Assembly (NCBI GenBank): GCA_042576705.1
Contig: JBHPEY010000001.1
Coordinates: forward strand, 1,045 to 65,044
Origin: Nanobdellota archaeon
GTDB taxonomy: Archaea > Nanobdellota > Nanobdellia > Woesearchaeales > UBA11576
Direction of reading: 5' to 3'
DNA: 64,000 bases
The first letter of the stretch is position 1, and each line of letters begins with the position of its first letter. Positions 63,136-64,000 of the stretch are shown here, in pieces. Both the position numbers and the translations under genes were made by a program. A model generated the notes under the pieces. That model was given only the letters and a program-made list of their open reading frames with translations. It was not told the DNA's origin and did not search any database.

Positions 63136-63179
63136 CTGCCACCTAAGCTCCATGTCCATCAAGAAATCTATCCACTGCT

Positions 63180-63533
63180 TTATCTGCTCTTGAGCTTTGC
63201 GCGGAATTCCCAGTCCAGGATGAACAGGACACCTGCTATGAATAGAGGGAGCGCGAATGCCATGGCAGGCACTAAGTGGCGTCTTGCTGCCATGAGTATG
63301 TATGCTACTGCAAGGAATGTATATATTATCCCGCCAGGCAGTGGCCAGCGCCATGCCAGGACCAATGCTATCAGAAGTATCATCACAAAGACATTCTCTA
63401 CCAGGGTCATCACTGTGAAGCCGTTCGAGATTATTACGAATATCTCCATCAGGATTATGAACAGGATGCCCAGTATCCTGGGTGTCCAGAAGAACAGCTT
63501 CTGCATGTCGATGCCTTTTGCTCTTTTTTTCAT
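63180..63533 (-). CDS. small polytopic membrane protein, hypothetical
   Basis: It has four hydrophobic segments. The start is placed at MKKRAKGIDMQ, about 27 nt from TTTATAAA (63557-63564); the track start is 63545. Confidence 0.5.
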   Translation of the reverse strand: MKKRAKGIDMQKLFFWTPRILGILFIILMEIFVIISNGFTVMTLVENVFVMILLIALVLAWRWPLPGGIIYTFLAVAYILMAARRHLVPAMAFALPLFIAGVLFILDWEFRAKLKSR

Positions 63534-63790
63534 ATCAGAAGGCATATACCTGGATATTTATAAAGGTTATGATGGGTGTTTTTTGGTGATTTTTTTATTA
63601 TTTTGGGTGTTTTTTCTGTTTTTTCTTATTTGTGTAAGAATATTCTTCGAATGATTTATTATTGTTTGGCGCTTTATTGTCTGTGATAGTTTGAGCTCTA
63701 ATTTAATGGGTTTTTACCACCGCAGAGTGGTTATTTTCAAAAGATTTAAATAGGGCTTTTGACTGTCACGATGTGTTGTTGAGGTATCTC

Positions 63791-64000
63791 ATGAGCAAGG
63801 AGACTGAAATGGATCTACTGGATGTGCCGTATGGCAATCCAGACAACCTGCAGCCTTATGGCGAGCCGGCAGACACTTCTCTATACATAGCACTATCCCG
63901 ATATATCCTTCATTCGACCGACAACAAGAAGGGGCCTACATTATCACCTACATTCTCAGAGTCCTTTGATGAACGAAGCCAGATGAAGATCATTGAGATA
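63791..64000 (+). CDS. hypothetical protein, 5' partial (runs off window)
   Basis: My own translation from the ATG at 63791 gives MSKETEMDLLDVPYGNPDNLQPYGEPADTS..., with no stop before the window end. TTTAAATA lies about 40 nt upstream. Confidence 0.35.
   Translation, partial: MSKETEMDLLDVPYGNPDNLQPYGEPADTSLYIALSRYILHSTDNKKGPTLSPTFSESFDERSQMKIIEI

Overview
This window reads as a chromosomal segment of a small-genome, DPANN-like archaeon; the lineage assignment is inference. Every informational gene is archaeal. An RNA polymerase operon (rpoH, rpoB'', rpoB', rpoA', rpoA'', eL30, NusA) runs from 54.8 to 62.8 kb and is directly preceded by two multi-intron tRNAs. A separate S12-S7 pair lies at 25.3-26.3 kb. 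eL15, Rad50, fused guaA and four tRNAs are also present. The remainder is housekeeping or salvage enzymes, many secreted, lipoprotein or surface proteins, and about 20 short hypothetical genes. Most genes have a TTTATAAA-like box about 26 nt upstream of the start codon, which is leaderless geometry.

Five observations stand out:
1. An intact bacterial-type sigma70 gene (44.6-45.8 kb) sits between a DeaD-type and a UvrD-type helicase, inside an otherwise archaeal genome.
2. A modular family of structured intergenic elements (modules A, B, C plus a GCTGC hairpin) occurs at nine or more loci, all in one orientation. Module B (about 50 nt, two hairpins) occurs solo and nested inside other modules, and shows compensatory base changes.
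3. Three of the four tRNAs carry 2-3 introns, each including one in the T-loop.
4. A 21-nt direct repeat of the tRNA-Tyr 3' end brackets a single IMPase-family gene.
5. The conserved NusA-S12-S7 linkage is broken exactly where a composite repeat sits.

No rRNA, CRISPR array, transposase or integrase was seen. Coordinates of CDSs are anchored to the ORF track. Hand-counted RNA, repeat and promoter coordinates may be off by 1-2 nt. All homology calls come from motif recognition by eye, not from searches.
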